Source: Steroidobacteraceae bacterium (GTDB lineage Bacteria; Pseudomonadota; Gammaproteobacteria; Steroidobacterales; Steroidobacteraceae). From it: a DNA stretch of 32,404 nucleotides. The stretch lies in contig DATHFW010000246.1 in assembly GCA_035317945.1 (NCBI GenBank), forward strand, positions 1-32,404. The letters are read 5' to 3'. Under the pieces are notes generated by a model, which made no database searches, was not told the DNA's origin, and saw only the letters and a list, made by a program, of their open reading frames with translations. The translations under genes and the position numbers were made by a program. Of this stretch, positions 1 to 7,823 are shown piece after piece (the first letter of the stretch is position 1; every line of letters starts with the position of its first letter).

Positions 1-31
1 TGTTCGTCGCCAAACTTTCCGGAGGTGCAGC

Positions 32-901
32 ATGAATACCAGCACGTGGCTCATCCGCCGAGAGTTCTGGGAAAATCGGGCAATCTGGGTCATACCCGCC
101 GTTTTCGGCGCAATGCTGATCCTGGCCGCCTTGTTCGGCCAGGTGAGCATTCCAAAGCTGACGACGCCGGCGGAAATGCACGACGCCGCCGGCGCCTTCC
201 AAGTGGTCGTCGGTGCGATGTTTTATGTGGTGATGTCGGTGTATGCAACCTGGTACCTGCTCGATTGCCTGTATGCGGATCGCAGGGATCGCAGTATTTT
301 ATTCTGGAAGTCTCTGCCGATCTCCGATGCCAAGACCGTATTGATCAAGTTGCTGGTCGGCATGATCTTGATCCCGCTGGTGTATTTCGCAGCCGCCGAC
401 GCGACCGCCCTGATGGGAGCATTCATCCTCTCGATTCGCGCCAGGGCCTCGCTCGGCAGCGCCCTGTGGCAGCCGGACGCCTGGTGGGACATTCAACTCT
501 TGTGGGCGTATTGCATCATCACGACCGCCATTTGGTACTTGCCGATTGCCGGCTGGCTGATGCTGGTGTCGGCTTGGGCCAAGCGCGCGGTCATGTTGTG
601 GTCCGTTCTGCCGCCGCTGGTGGCGTATATCTTCGAACGCGTGTTTTTCGGCTCGCAGGTGATTGGCCACACGCTGACCCGGCGCCTGATGGGACTGCCG
701 ATGGTGGCATTCAATAATGCCAAGCACGTATGGACTCAGGGCAGCAGCGGTGTGGATAATGGCAGCCTTGCCATCAGAGCTTGGGATCTCATTAATCCGA
801 GTGGATTTTTTACCAGTGCCGAAACGTGGATAGGCGCCGCTGTGGGCATCGTGTTGATCGTGGGCGCCATCCAGCTGCGCATGCGACGCTCCGAGATTTA
901 G
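32..901 (+). CDS. ABC-2 family transporter permease (polytopic membrane protein)
   Basis: 289-aa ORF with ATG at 32, 6 nt after GGAGG (21-25). It has several hydrophobic helices and an 'ADRRDRSILFWKSLPISD' loop of the kind seen in ABC-2 permeases. The ATG overlaps the TGA (33-35) of a frame that is open from the left edge (ATGA), suggesting coupling to an upstream gene, plausibly the ATPase. Confidence 0.7.
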   Translation: MNTSTWLIRREFWENRAIWVIPAVFGAMLILAALFGQVSIPKLTTPAEMHDAAGAFQVVVGAMFYVVMSVYATWYLLDCLYADRRDRSILFWKSLPISDAKTVLIKLLVGMILIPLVYFAAADATALMGAFILSIRARASLGSALWQPDAWWDIQLLWAYCIITTAIWYLPIAGWLMLVSAWAKRAVMLWSVLPPLVAYIFERVFFGSQVIGHTLTRRLMGLPMVAFNNAKHVWTQGSSGVDNGSLAIRAWDLINPSGFFTSAETWIGAAVGIVLIVGAIQLRMRRSEI

Positions 902-1881
902 TGCGGGAAATCGGCGGGCGGCGCGCTGTTGCGCCGCTCATGGCCGCCCTGCTCCTCTGCCCCGGCCTGTTGCTCGCGGATGAGTTTTTTCCGGTTCGCG
1001 ATGAAAATCCCCTGGTACGCGGCTTTTATTTGCCGCTGCCCAGCGACAGCCGATTGACCGACGGGCAGAGCCTGGCGGCGACGCTGTCGCTCACCAATAC
1101 CATCAACGTCGAGAACAGGCCGCAGGAGAGTGTGCTCGTGGACGGCGAGAGCGACGTCATCCGCCTGACCTACGAAAACACCCTCTGGCAATCCTGGCGA
1201 TATCGTTTCACCGTGCCGATCATTCACGACAGCGGTGGTTTCCTCGACTCCGCCGTTGCAAGCTGGCATCGGCTGTTTGGCCTGCCGCAGGGTCAGAGGC
1301 CCTTTTACCCCAAGAATGAAATCGTCTATGCCTACTCCGGCCGGGGCAATGTCGATATCACACAATCCCAAACCGGCATCGGCGATATTTCCGGCGACAT
1401 CGGCTGGTACGCCATCGACGATGCGCGCCGCACGGTGTCATTCTGGGGTGGCCTTGCGGCACCCACCGGTTCCGCTTCCAAGCTCACCGGCGACGGCGCT
1501 TGGGATGGCGCCGTGTGGGCGCACGGCGCGCTGCGCTGGCCCAAATGGCAGTTGGCGGCGGAACTTGGGCTGGCGCAGCCATTCGGCGATGAGATATTTG
1601 CCGGCTACGCGCACAAAACTTCGGTCTTCGCCCGCTTCGCAGCCACGCGCGCCCTCGGATCCCAGTGGTCCGTGCGCGCGCAACTGGAGGGTCAGAGCGG
1701 CCGCGTCGAAGACAGCGACATCCGATTGTTGGGGCCGAGCCTGGAGCTGAGCATCGGCGCAGTACGCCGCTTAGGCGAGCGCTGGCGCCTCGAATTCGGA
1801 TTTGCAGAAGACGCTGCGGTCAACACCGCCCCCGACGTCACTTTCTTTCTTGGGGTTCGCCGCCAAAGCAGTGCAATATAG
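901..1881 (+). CDS. DUF3187-like secreted / outer-membrane beta-barrel protein
   Basis: The GTG at 901 shares one base with the TAG of the permease. It yields a complete Sec signal peptide (MREIGGRRAVAPLMAALLLCPGLLLA/DEFF). The mature protein shows an alternating-hydrophobic strand pattern, and 'ENPLVRGFYLPLP' resembles DUF3187. The ORF-track start at 826 lies inside the permease gene and is Arg-rich. ATG 940 is an alternative start. Confidence 0.6.
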   Translation: MREIGGRRAVAPLMAALLLCPGLLLADEFFPVRDENPLVRGFYLPLPSDSRLTDGQSLAATLSLTNTINVENRPQESVLVDGESDVIRLTYENTLWQSWRYRFTVPIIHDSGGFLDSAVASWHRLFGLPQGQRPFYPKNEIVYAYSGRGNVDITQSQTGIGDISGDIGWYAIDDARRTVSFWGGLAAPTGSASKLTGDGAWDGAVWAHGALRWPKWQLAAELGLAQPFGDEIFAGYAHKTSVFARFAATRALGSQWSVRAQLEGQSGRVEDSDIRLLGPSLELSIGAVRRLGERWRLEFGFAEDAAVNTAPDVTFFLGVRRQSSAI

Positions 1882-1914
1882 CGCAAGGTATTTTGTCAAT
1901 TCGAAGGGGCGCCA

Positions 1915-2397
1915 ATGTACAAGACAAAGATCGACTTATCGGAGAAAGTCCGCCGCAACATCATCGTCATCTTGAACGATCGCCTGGCCTATGCCATCGA
2001 TCTGCAAAGCCAGGTAAAGCAGGCCCATTGGAATGTGAAGGGTCCGAACTTCATCGCCTTGCACGAACTGTTCGACAAGATTTCCGACGTGGTGCTGGAA
2101 CAGATCGACGAGATCGCGGAGCGCGTCACCAGCTTAGGGGGCACTGCTGAAGGCACGGTCGCCGTGGCTGCCAAGCGCAGCAAATTGAAGAACTACCCTT
2201 TGAGCATCACCGCGGGCAAGGATCATCTGTTCTATCTGTCGACGCAGTTGTCGGTGTACGGCAAGGCGGTGCGCGCGGCCATCGCCGATACCGATGAGCT
2301 GGGCGATGCGGATACGGCGGACCTCTTTACGGGGATTTCCCGGGATGTGGACAAGTATCTCTGGTTCCTCGAGGCGCATTTGCAGGAAAAGGCGTAA
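1915..2397 (+). CDS. dps: Dps (DNA starvation/stationary-phase protection protein, ferritin-like)
   Basis: 160 aa. It carries the 'QVKQAHWNVKGPNFIALHELFD' ferroxidase-centre motif and the Dps length. GAAGGGG lies upstream of the ATG. Confidence 0.93.
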   Translation: MYKTKIDLSEKVRRNIIVILNDRLAYAIDLQSQVKQAHWNVKGPNFIALHELFDKISDVVLEQIDEIAERVTSLGGTAEGTVAVAAKRSKLKNYPLSITAGKDHLFYLSTQLSVYGKAVRAAIADTDELGDADTADLFTGISRDVDKYLWFLEAHLQEKA

Positions 2398-2401
2398 ACA
2401 G

Positions 2402-3031
2402 ATGGCCGATCCTGCCGCCGGCGCTGACGATTCGGGCCTGGGTGGCGCATTCGCCACGTTGCGGGGCTTGTTGACGAGCGGCGAAACGCTGGAAGCCTGG
2501 GCGGCGCAGCGGCGCATCTATGCACTCACGCATCGCCGCGTCTGCATTGCAGCCACCAGCGGGCGTTTTATTTCGCTGCAGCGGCGTCTTTTCGGCGGCT
2601 ACGATTCGGCCGATATTCGTTGGCAGGACCTGAAGGAAACGCGCATCAGCGCCGGGATCATCGCCGCTGACTTGACGCTGGTCGCGCAGAGCAGCTCCGA
2701 TTTGAACATCGGCGCCGAAGTGAATCGGGTCTGGAGCTTCGACGGCTTGAACAAGAATCAAGCGCAGGCCATGTATCGCATCTGCCAGCAGCACGATCAG
2801 GTATGGCGCGAAAAGCGCCGGGTGCGCGAGCTCGAAGAATTACGCGCGAAGTCCGGCGGAGTGCAGATCAGCGGCGGTCAGGCCGGCTACGGCAACGGCA
2901 ATACGGATGCCGCCGGAACGGAATCCGATGCAACGCGCCGCCTGCGCCAGGCGCGCGAAATGCTCGACGCCAAGCTCATCAGCGATTCGGAATTCGAATC
3001 CATCAAAGCCAAGATCGTGTCCAGTCTTTGA
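2402..3031 (+). CDS. bacterial PH-like domain protein with C-terminal SHOCT domain
   Basis: ATG 2402 lies 4 nt after the dps stop. The N-terminal half fits the bPH pattern (GETLEAWAAQ...THRRVCIAATSGRFISLQ...IRWQDLKE...). The C-terminus 'LRQAREMLDAKLISDSEFESIKAKIVSSL' is a typical SHOCT motif. The ORF-track start at 2294 overlaps dps and is rejected. Confidence 0.6.
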   Translation: MADPAAGADDSGLGGAFATLRGLLTSGETLEAWAAQRRIYALTHRRVCIAATSGRFISLQRRLFGGYDSADIRWQDLKETRISAGIIAADLTLVAQSSSDLNIGAEVNRVWSFDGLNKNQAQAMYRICQQHDQVWREKRRVRELEELRAKSGGVQISGGQAGYGNGNTDAAGTESDATRRLRQAREMLDAKLISDSEFESIKAKIVSSL

Positions 3032-3050
3032 GACTGAGAGTCTAAAACTC

Positions 3051-4397
3051 CTAACCCAAGAGGTACGCGAAATAGCTGTTGCGCAGCCGATTCACAGGAT
3101 CGGTGCGCTGGCGCAGCGCGCGGAATAGCTTGACGCGCTCGCCGAAGGCCTTCGCCACGTGTTCCGGCTGCAAGGCACGCGTTTGATTGAAAGTGGGCGT
3201 GCCGCCGTTCGACGAGGCGAAATCATTGAAGTCGATCAGGAAGTCGTCCCAACCCTGCTCGCCGCTGGACGAGGGCTCCAGGGTGAACATCGGTCCCGAG
3301 TAGCTGGCGCTGAACAGCGAGCCGCGATCCTGGTGCAGCCGGCTTGCACCGCTCACCACGTTGCCGCGGTATCGATGCTGTTTATAGTAGGACTTGCAGA
3401 AAGCGAAATAGGCGCCGAGCAGTTTCGGGTAATCGGTTTGCGGGAACGCCCACAGGCTGTAGGTATGGCGCGCCTTCCACGCCTCCTTCGGCATGTCGCG
3501 CATCCATTCGTGAGAGTACATCATCACATCCCGGGTGCCGCCGCTCAAAGCGCGATGCATTCCCGACAGGACCGCCGCGCGCAATCCGGGCGCCGCCAAT
3601 ACGCTGCCCACGGTCGAGCCGAAGGCGGGCAGCACATTGCGCATGACGGACTGCTTGATTTGCCAGATTCCGGAGCGATTGATCTCCGCGGATTCATCCA
3701 GGGTACGGCGCTCGAGGGTGATCCGATCATGGAAAGGCGAGACATGCAGGCGCAGCGCGCCCGGAGCATTGATCAGGCCTGAATACCGGGCGCTGAATTC
3801 CTTCAGTGTCATGACTTGATAGTCGATCTTGACCGGGGTCAGCGGCTGCACGCGAACCACGACCTCGTGCACCACGCCCAGCAGGCCGAAACTCGAGCGC
3901 AGCACGCGCATCAGGTCCCGCTCGCGATCCGTGACGATCATTTGCTTGCCTTGCGGCGTGATCAATTTCATTTCGCTGATGCATGAGGACAACTGCGCCA
4001 TGCCGTCGCCGTAGGAGGCCTGCGGCAGTGTGGTCACCGCCATGGCGCCCAAGGAAATCTGGCCCATTTCGGGCGTCAGCGGCAATTCCTGCCCGCGTTC
4101 GGCGAGCGCCTTGACCAAGCTGCTCACGCGCACGCCGGCCTGCGCCCGCACCTCGGTTTCCCCAAATTCCAAGATCCGGTCGAGTCCCGTGGTGTCGACC
4201 GTCGTCCCGCCGTCGCCGCCGACGCAGCGCGTTTGCGAATAGTCGGCGCCCACCATTCGAATCGGCGTGGGATAACTCTTCGTCTTGGAAAGCAGGCTTG
4301 GAATGTCCTCGAAGCGCTTCAAGCGCAGAACAAGCCGTGGCCGGCGATAGATGCCTGATGAATCGGCGCCTCGCGGATCGATGACTTTGGTGACCAT
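3051..4397 (-). CDS. FAD-binding (PCMH/vanillyl-alcohol-oxidase-type) oxidoreductase
   Basis: 448 aa starting at ATG 4397, which is preceded by GGGGGGAAG. An N-terminal FAD-binding fold is suggested by '...IRMVGADYSQT...TTVDTTGLDRILEF...VRAQAGVRVSSLVKALAERGQELP...GAMAVTT'. The 56-codon upstream extension (GTG 4565) is low-complexity and rejected. Confidence 0.7.
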   Translation of the reverse strand: MVTKVIDPRGADSSGIYRRPRLVLRLKRFEDIPSLLSKTKSYPTPIRMVGADYSQTRCVGGDGGTTVDTTGLDRILEFGETEVRAQAGVRVSSLVKALAERGQELPLTPEMGQISLGAMAVTTLPQASYGDGMAQLSSCISEMKLITPQGKQMIVTDRERDLMRVLRSSFGLLGVVHEVVVRVQPLTPVKIDYQVMTLKEFSARYSGLINAPGALRLHVSPFHDRITLERRTLDESAEINRSGIWQIKQSVMRNVLPAFGSTVGSVLAAPGLRAAVLSGMHRALSGGTRDVMMYSHEWMRDMPKEAWKARHTYSLWAFPQTDYPKLLGAYFAFCKSYYKQHRYRGNVVSGASRLHQDRGSLFSASYSGPMFTLEPSSSGEQGWDDFLIDFNDFASSNGGTPTFNQTRALQPEHVAKAFGERVKLFRALRQRTDPVNRLRNSYFAYLLG

Positions 4398-4400
4398 GTG

Positions 4401-4414
4401 CTTCCCCCCGGAAG
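4401..4414 (-). promoter_or_regulatory. candidate SD-sequestering hairpin (CUUCC-GGGG-GGAAG) 3 nt upstream of the oxidase ATG
   Basis: The minus strand reads gagtCTTCCggggGGAAGcacATG. The 5-bp stem pairs the only SD-like purine run with an anti-SD-like CUUCC. This is read by eye, with no energy calculation. Confidence 0.3.
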
Positions 4415-4560
4415 ACTCGCAAAACGTTGAAGAAACGCTTGCTGTCGGGGGCACAAAACCTGGCGGTTCTGCATGCGCGCGTGCGCTTCGAGATTCACTG
4501 GCGACCCCGCTATCGTCAGACTTCCTTAAGAGAAGCCCCTTAGACCGGTGGTTTTGCGTC

Positions 4561-4576
4561 CCCACCTTTCGGCGGG
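4561..4576 (-). promoter_or_regulatory. GAAA-tetraloop hairpin with a mutually exclusive alternative pairing
   Basis: The minus strand reads CCCGCC-GAAA-GGUGGG (6 bp including one G.U). The same GGUGG can instead pair with CCACC 10 nt downstream (plus-strand coordinates 4547-4551). Confidence 0.3.
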
Positions 4577-4681
4577 TTTGCCCTTAAACAGCCAGCCTAC
4601 TATGCGATGCAGACCCGCGTTTTGTAAAGGGGTATTTGGGGAGCCGCGCGATCCGTCACGACGGCCGCCCGGATGCGGGTT

Positions 4682-6667
4682 TCATCCCATGAGAAGCAGG
4701 GTTTCGGCGTGTTCCACGGCCTCCGGGGTACCGTAAAGCACCACCACATCGCCCTCTTTGAAGACGGTATCGGGCGCCGGGTCGCGCCCCACGATACCCT
4801 CCCGGCGTACCGCGTTTACGGTTGCCTGCGAGCCGCGCTGGGTCAGCTCCGTGATGCTGCGCCCGACCGCCCAGGCCTGAGGCGGCAGTATGACGCTGTG
4901 CAATTCCTCGCGAAAAGCGTGGGTCTGATCCAGATGCTCGTCGTCCGCCTCGCGGAAGTATTGACGCAGCATTTGATAGCGATGACTGCGAATGTCATTC
5001 ACCGTGCGAAGCACCTGCGCCACCGGCAACTTCACCAGCAGCAGCAAGTGCGACAGCAGCATGAGGCTGGCTTCGAAGGTTTCCGGCACCACTTCGGTTG
5101 CACCGGCCGCCTGCAACTCCACCAACTTGGTGTCGTCCTGCGTGCGCACCAGGATGGGCACGTCGGGGCGCAGTTCGCGCACCGATCTTAAAATGCGCAA
5201 GGCCACATCCGGATTTGCAAACGTGATCACGACGACGCTGGCGTGCGCAACGCCGACATTTTCCAGCACCTTGCCTTCACCGGCGTCGCCGTACACCACC
5301 GGGTCGCCGACCTGGCGGCCCGTGCGAATACGGTACGGGTCCACATCGAGCGCGATGTACTCGAAGCCGGTCTGTTCGAGCACCCTCGCGATATTCTGGC
5401 CGACGCGGCCGAAACCGCAGATCACGACGTGCTCCCGATCCGCCGCGGCCAGGGTTATCCGCTCCTGACGCATGGCCTCGGTCAGCGGGTTGCCGGATTC
5501 GCGCAGGATGATGCGCGTGATGCGTCGATTGTGACGAATGATCAGCGGCGATAGCACCATGCTCAACACGGTGGCGGCCAACAGCGGCTGCACGATGCCC
5601 GGGTCGAGCAGTTCGTGCCGCAGCAGCAGAATCAGCAACGCGAAGCCGAATTCGCCGCCCTGCGCGACGATGACGCCCGTGCGCAAGGACTTGAACCAGT
5701 TCCTCGTGGCCGGTTCGGCAACCACGGCGACCACCGTGGCCTTGAGCAGCAGCATCCCGAGAAGAATTGCCGTCACCACCGCAAAATCCCGCAGCAGCAA
5801 TCTCACATCGAGAAGCATGCCGACCGTGATGAAAAACAAACCCAGCAGCACTTCACGGTACGAGCGAATCGTGGCTTCGACCTGATGCCGAAATTCGGTT
5901 TCAGCCAGCATCATGCCGGCGAGAAACGCGCCGAGCGCGAGGGATAGGCCCGCGGCGTGAGTTGCCCACGCCGAGGCAAGGACGGCGAGCAGCACCGCCA
6001 GCGAGAACAGTTCCGCGGATCGAACCGAGGCGATCATGAGAAACAGCGGCCGCAGCAGCCAACGGCCCGCGGCCAGCACCAGGAGCAGCGCGGCCGCGGA
6101 GATGCCGATCGCGGTTAAAATATGCGCAGCATTGGCAGCGCGGCCGCCGTTGCTCAACGCCGATACCAGGGCCAGGAGCAACGGAAAACTCAGATCTTGA
6201 AACAGGCAAATGGCGACGGCCAGCCGGCCATGCGTGCGGTTGTTCTCGGATTGCTCGGTGAGTTGCGCGATGATGATGGCGGTCGAGGACATGGCCAGGG
6301 CGCCGCCGACGACCACCGCAACGGCCGGCACGAAATCGAAGAGCATGACCGCGCCCGCAGCGATGATCCCTGTGGTGATGAGCACCTGCGCGCCGCCGAC
6401 GCCCAACACCTCCCAGCGCATGGCCACCAAGCGCGGCAGTGAGAATTCCAGCCCCAGGGTGAAGACCAAGAACACCACGCCGAAGTCCGCCAAGAGTTGC
6501 GTGGTCTCGTTGTCCGCGGCGAGCGCGAGCGCATGCGGCCCCAGGAGCATGCCGACGGCGAGATAACCCAAGATGGCGGGCAGCGCCAGTTTACGCACGG
6601 CGGCCACGACGCACACCGAGGCGGCGAGCAGGATCAGGATCTGTAACAGCGGATCGTTATGCCCCAT
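4682..6667 (-). CDS. CPA2 monovalent cation:proton antiporter (KefB/KefC/YbaL-like) with TrkA-N and TrkA-C (RCK) domains
   Basis: 661 aa. The N-terminus 'LLQILILLAASVCVVAAVRKLALPAILGYLAVGMLLGP' is followed by about 12 TM helices. There is a Rossmann motif 'VVICGFGRVGQNIARVL' and a C-terminal RCK_C-like segment 'VRREGIVGRDPAPDTVFKEGDVVVLYG'. Confidence 0.9.
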   Translation of the reverse strand: MGHNDPLLQILILLAASVCVVAAVRKLALPAILGYLAVGMLLGPHALALAADNETTQLLADFGVVFLVFTLGLEFSLPRLVAMRWEVLGVGGAQVLITTGIIAAGAVMLFDFVPAVAVVVGGALAMSSTAIIIAQLTEQSENNRTHGRLAVAICLFQDLSFPLLLALVSALSNGGRAANAAHILTAIGISAAALLLVLAAGRWLLRPLFLMIASVRSAELFSLAVLLAVLASAWATHAAGLSLALGAFLAGMMLAETEFRHQVEATIRSYREVLLGLFFITVGMLLDVRLLLRDFAVVTAILLGMLLLKATVVAVVAEPATRNWFKSLRTGVIVAQGGEFGFALLILLLRHELLDPGIVQPLLAATVLSMVLSPLIIRHNRRITRIILRESGNPLTEAMRQERITLAAADREHVVICGFGRVGQNIARVLEQTGFEYIALDVDPYRIRTGRQVGDPVVYGDAGEGKVLENVGVAHASVVVITFANPDVALRILRSVRELRPDVPILVRTQDDTKLVELQAAGATEVVPETFEASLMLLSHLLLLVKLPVAQVLRTVNDIRSHRYQMLRQYFREADDEHLDQTHAFREELHSVILPPQAWAVGRSITELTQRGSQATVNAVRREGIVGRDPAPDTVFKEGDVVVLYGTPEAVEHAETLLLMG

Positions 6668-6686
6668 TGCCTGCTAGCATATCGCT

Positions 6687-7823
6687 ATGAGTGCAACCAT
6701 GACGGCCCCGTTGGCGCTCGAACGGCAAGGCGATGGCTGGCGCCTGCTGCTCAGCGGCGATTGGTCACTGACGGCAATGCCGAGCATCGAAGCGCAGCTG
6801 CAAAATTTGCCTGCTCTGGATGGCACTCTGCTGTGCGATTGGACGCAGGCGCAGGCGCCTGGAATCAGTCCGGCATGGGCACTGCTGCGGCGGTTGGCAG
6901 AGACCTGCGGTGATCAGCCGGCCCTGAATGTTCGCCATACCGGCAATCCGCCGCACTTTCTGGAGCTGCTGCAAAAGCTGCATGTCGAGCGGCATGCCGC
7001 GTACAGCGTGCAGACACCACCCACCTTGGAGCGGCTGGTCGGCAAACTGGGCCGCTGGGCCGTACTTCAAGGCTGGCATGGGCGCGGCGTGATCGTCTTT
7101 CTCGGACGCATTGCCACGGTCGTCGGCGAGGCCTTCCGCCGGCCGCAAGCGCTGCGGGTTTCATCGATTGCCCGGCATATCTATGAAACCGGCATCACCG
7201 CCATCCCCATCGTATCGCTGATCGCATTCTTGATCAGCGTGATCGTCGCCTATCTCGGTGCGCAGCAACTGTCGCGCTTCGGCGCCGATATTTTCGTCGT
7301 GGATCTGGTGACGATCGCCGTGTTGCGCGAGATGGGCGTGCTGTTGACGGCCATCATCGTCGCCGGCCGTTCCGGCAGCGCCTTTGCGGCCGAGATCGGC
7401 GTCATGCAGCTCAACGAGGAAACCGACGCGCTGCGCGCGATGGGGATGAGTCCGATCGAGTTGCTGGTCGTCCCCAGAGTGCTGGCGCTCATCATTGTCA
7501 TGCCGCTGCTGACGGTGATTGCCGATGCCATGGGCCTGGCCGGCGGCGGCCTGCTGTCGCTCATCAATCTGCACATCCCGTTGCCGCAGTTCACGGCGCG
7601 CATGCGCGAGTCGCTCTCGCCCACGACTTTTTGGGCAGGTTTGGTCAAGGCGCCGGTATTCGCCATCCTCATCGCCATGGTCGGCACGTATCGCGGCATG
7701 CAGGTGCGCGATTCGGCCCGCGAGCTGGGCCGCCTGACCACCGTGGCCGTGGTGCAATCCATTTTTATGGTGATTCTGGCCGATGCTCTGTTCGCCGTAT
7801 TGTTCGTGCAAATCAACTTCTGA
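6687..7823 (+). CDS. MlaE-family ABC transporter permease with N-terminal STAS-like extension
   Basis: 378 aa. The C-terminal 260 aa carry 'GRSGSAFAAEIGVMQLNEETDALRAMGMSPIELLVVPRVLA', typical of MlaE/Ttg2B permeases. An extra soluble domain of about 115 aa sits at the N-terminus. ATG 6699 is an alternative start. Confidence 0.88.
   Translation: MSATMTAPLALERQGDGWRLLLSGDWSLTAMPSIEAQLQNLPALDGTLLCDWTQAQAPGISPAWALLRRLAETCGDQPALNVRHTGNPPHFLELLQKLHVERHAAYSVQTPPTLERLVGKLGRWAVLQGWHGRGVIVFLGRIATVVGEAFRRPQALRVSSIARHIYETGITAIPIVSLIAFLISVIVAYLGAQQLSRFGADIFVVDLVTIAVLREMGVLLTAIIVAGRSGSAFAAEIGVMQLNEETDALRAMGMSPIELLVVPRVLALIIVMPLLTVIADAMGLAGGGLLSLINLHIPLPQFTARMRESLSPTTFWAGLVKAPVFAILIAMVGTYRGMQVRDSARELGRLTTVAVVQSIFMVILADALFAVLFVQINF

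Noticed and set aside
826-900. 5' extensions offered by the ORF track. The affected ORFs are 826 (DUF3187), 2294 (PH-SHOCT), 7631 (ATPase), 17958 (SH3), 22151 (aroE), 23227 (hemB), 23091 (sigma), 25983 (rlmJ) and 30120 (yaeQ).
   Set aside because: Each extension overlaps the preceding well-supported gene and is Arg-rich. An internal start gives a canonical N-terminus, an SD or a start/stop overlap, and a family-typical length.
4398-4565. 56-codon N-terminal extension of the FAD oxidase (GTG 4565)
   Set aside because: It is a low-complexity Ser/Ala/Pro/Arg peptide with no SD. ATG 4397 has a strong G-rich SD, and the FAD-binding fold begins shortly after it. The region is treated as leader RNA.
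4490-4580. ZTP-riboswitch-like 'ACTGGCG' and 'CCGGTGG...CCCACC' strings on the plus strand
   Set aside because: No plus-strand gene lies downstream, since the next gene is the minus-strand antiporter. The conserved 3' pseudoknot element CCGCCTGGGC is absent. The resemblance is partial and on the wrong strand.
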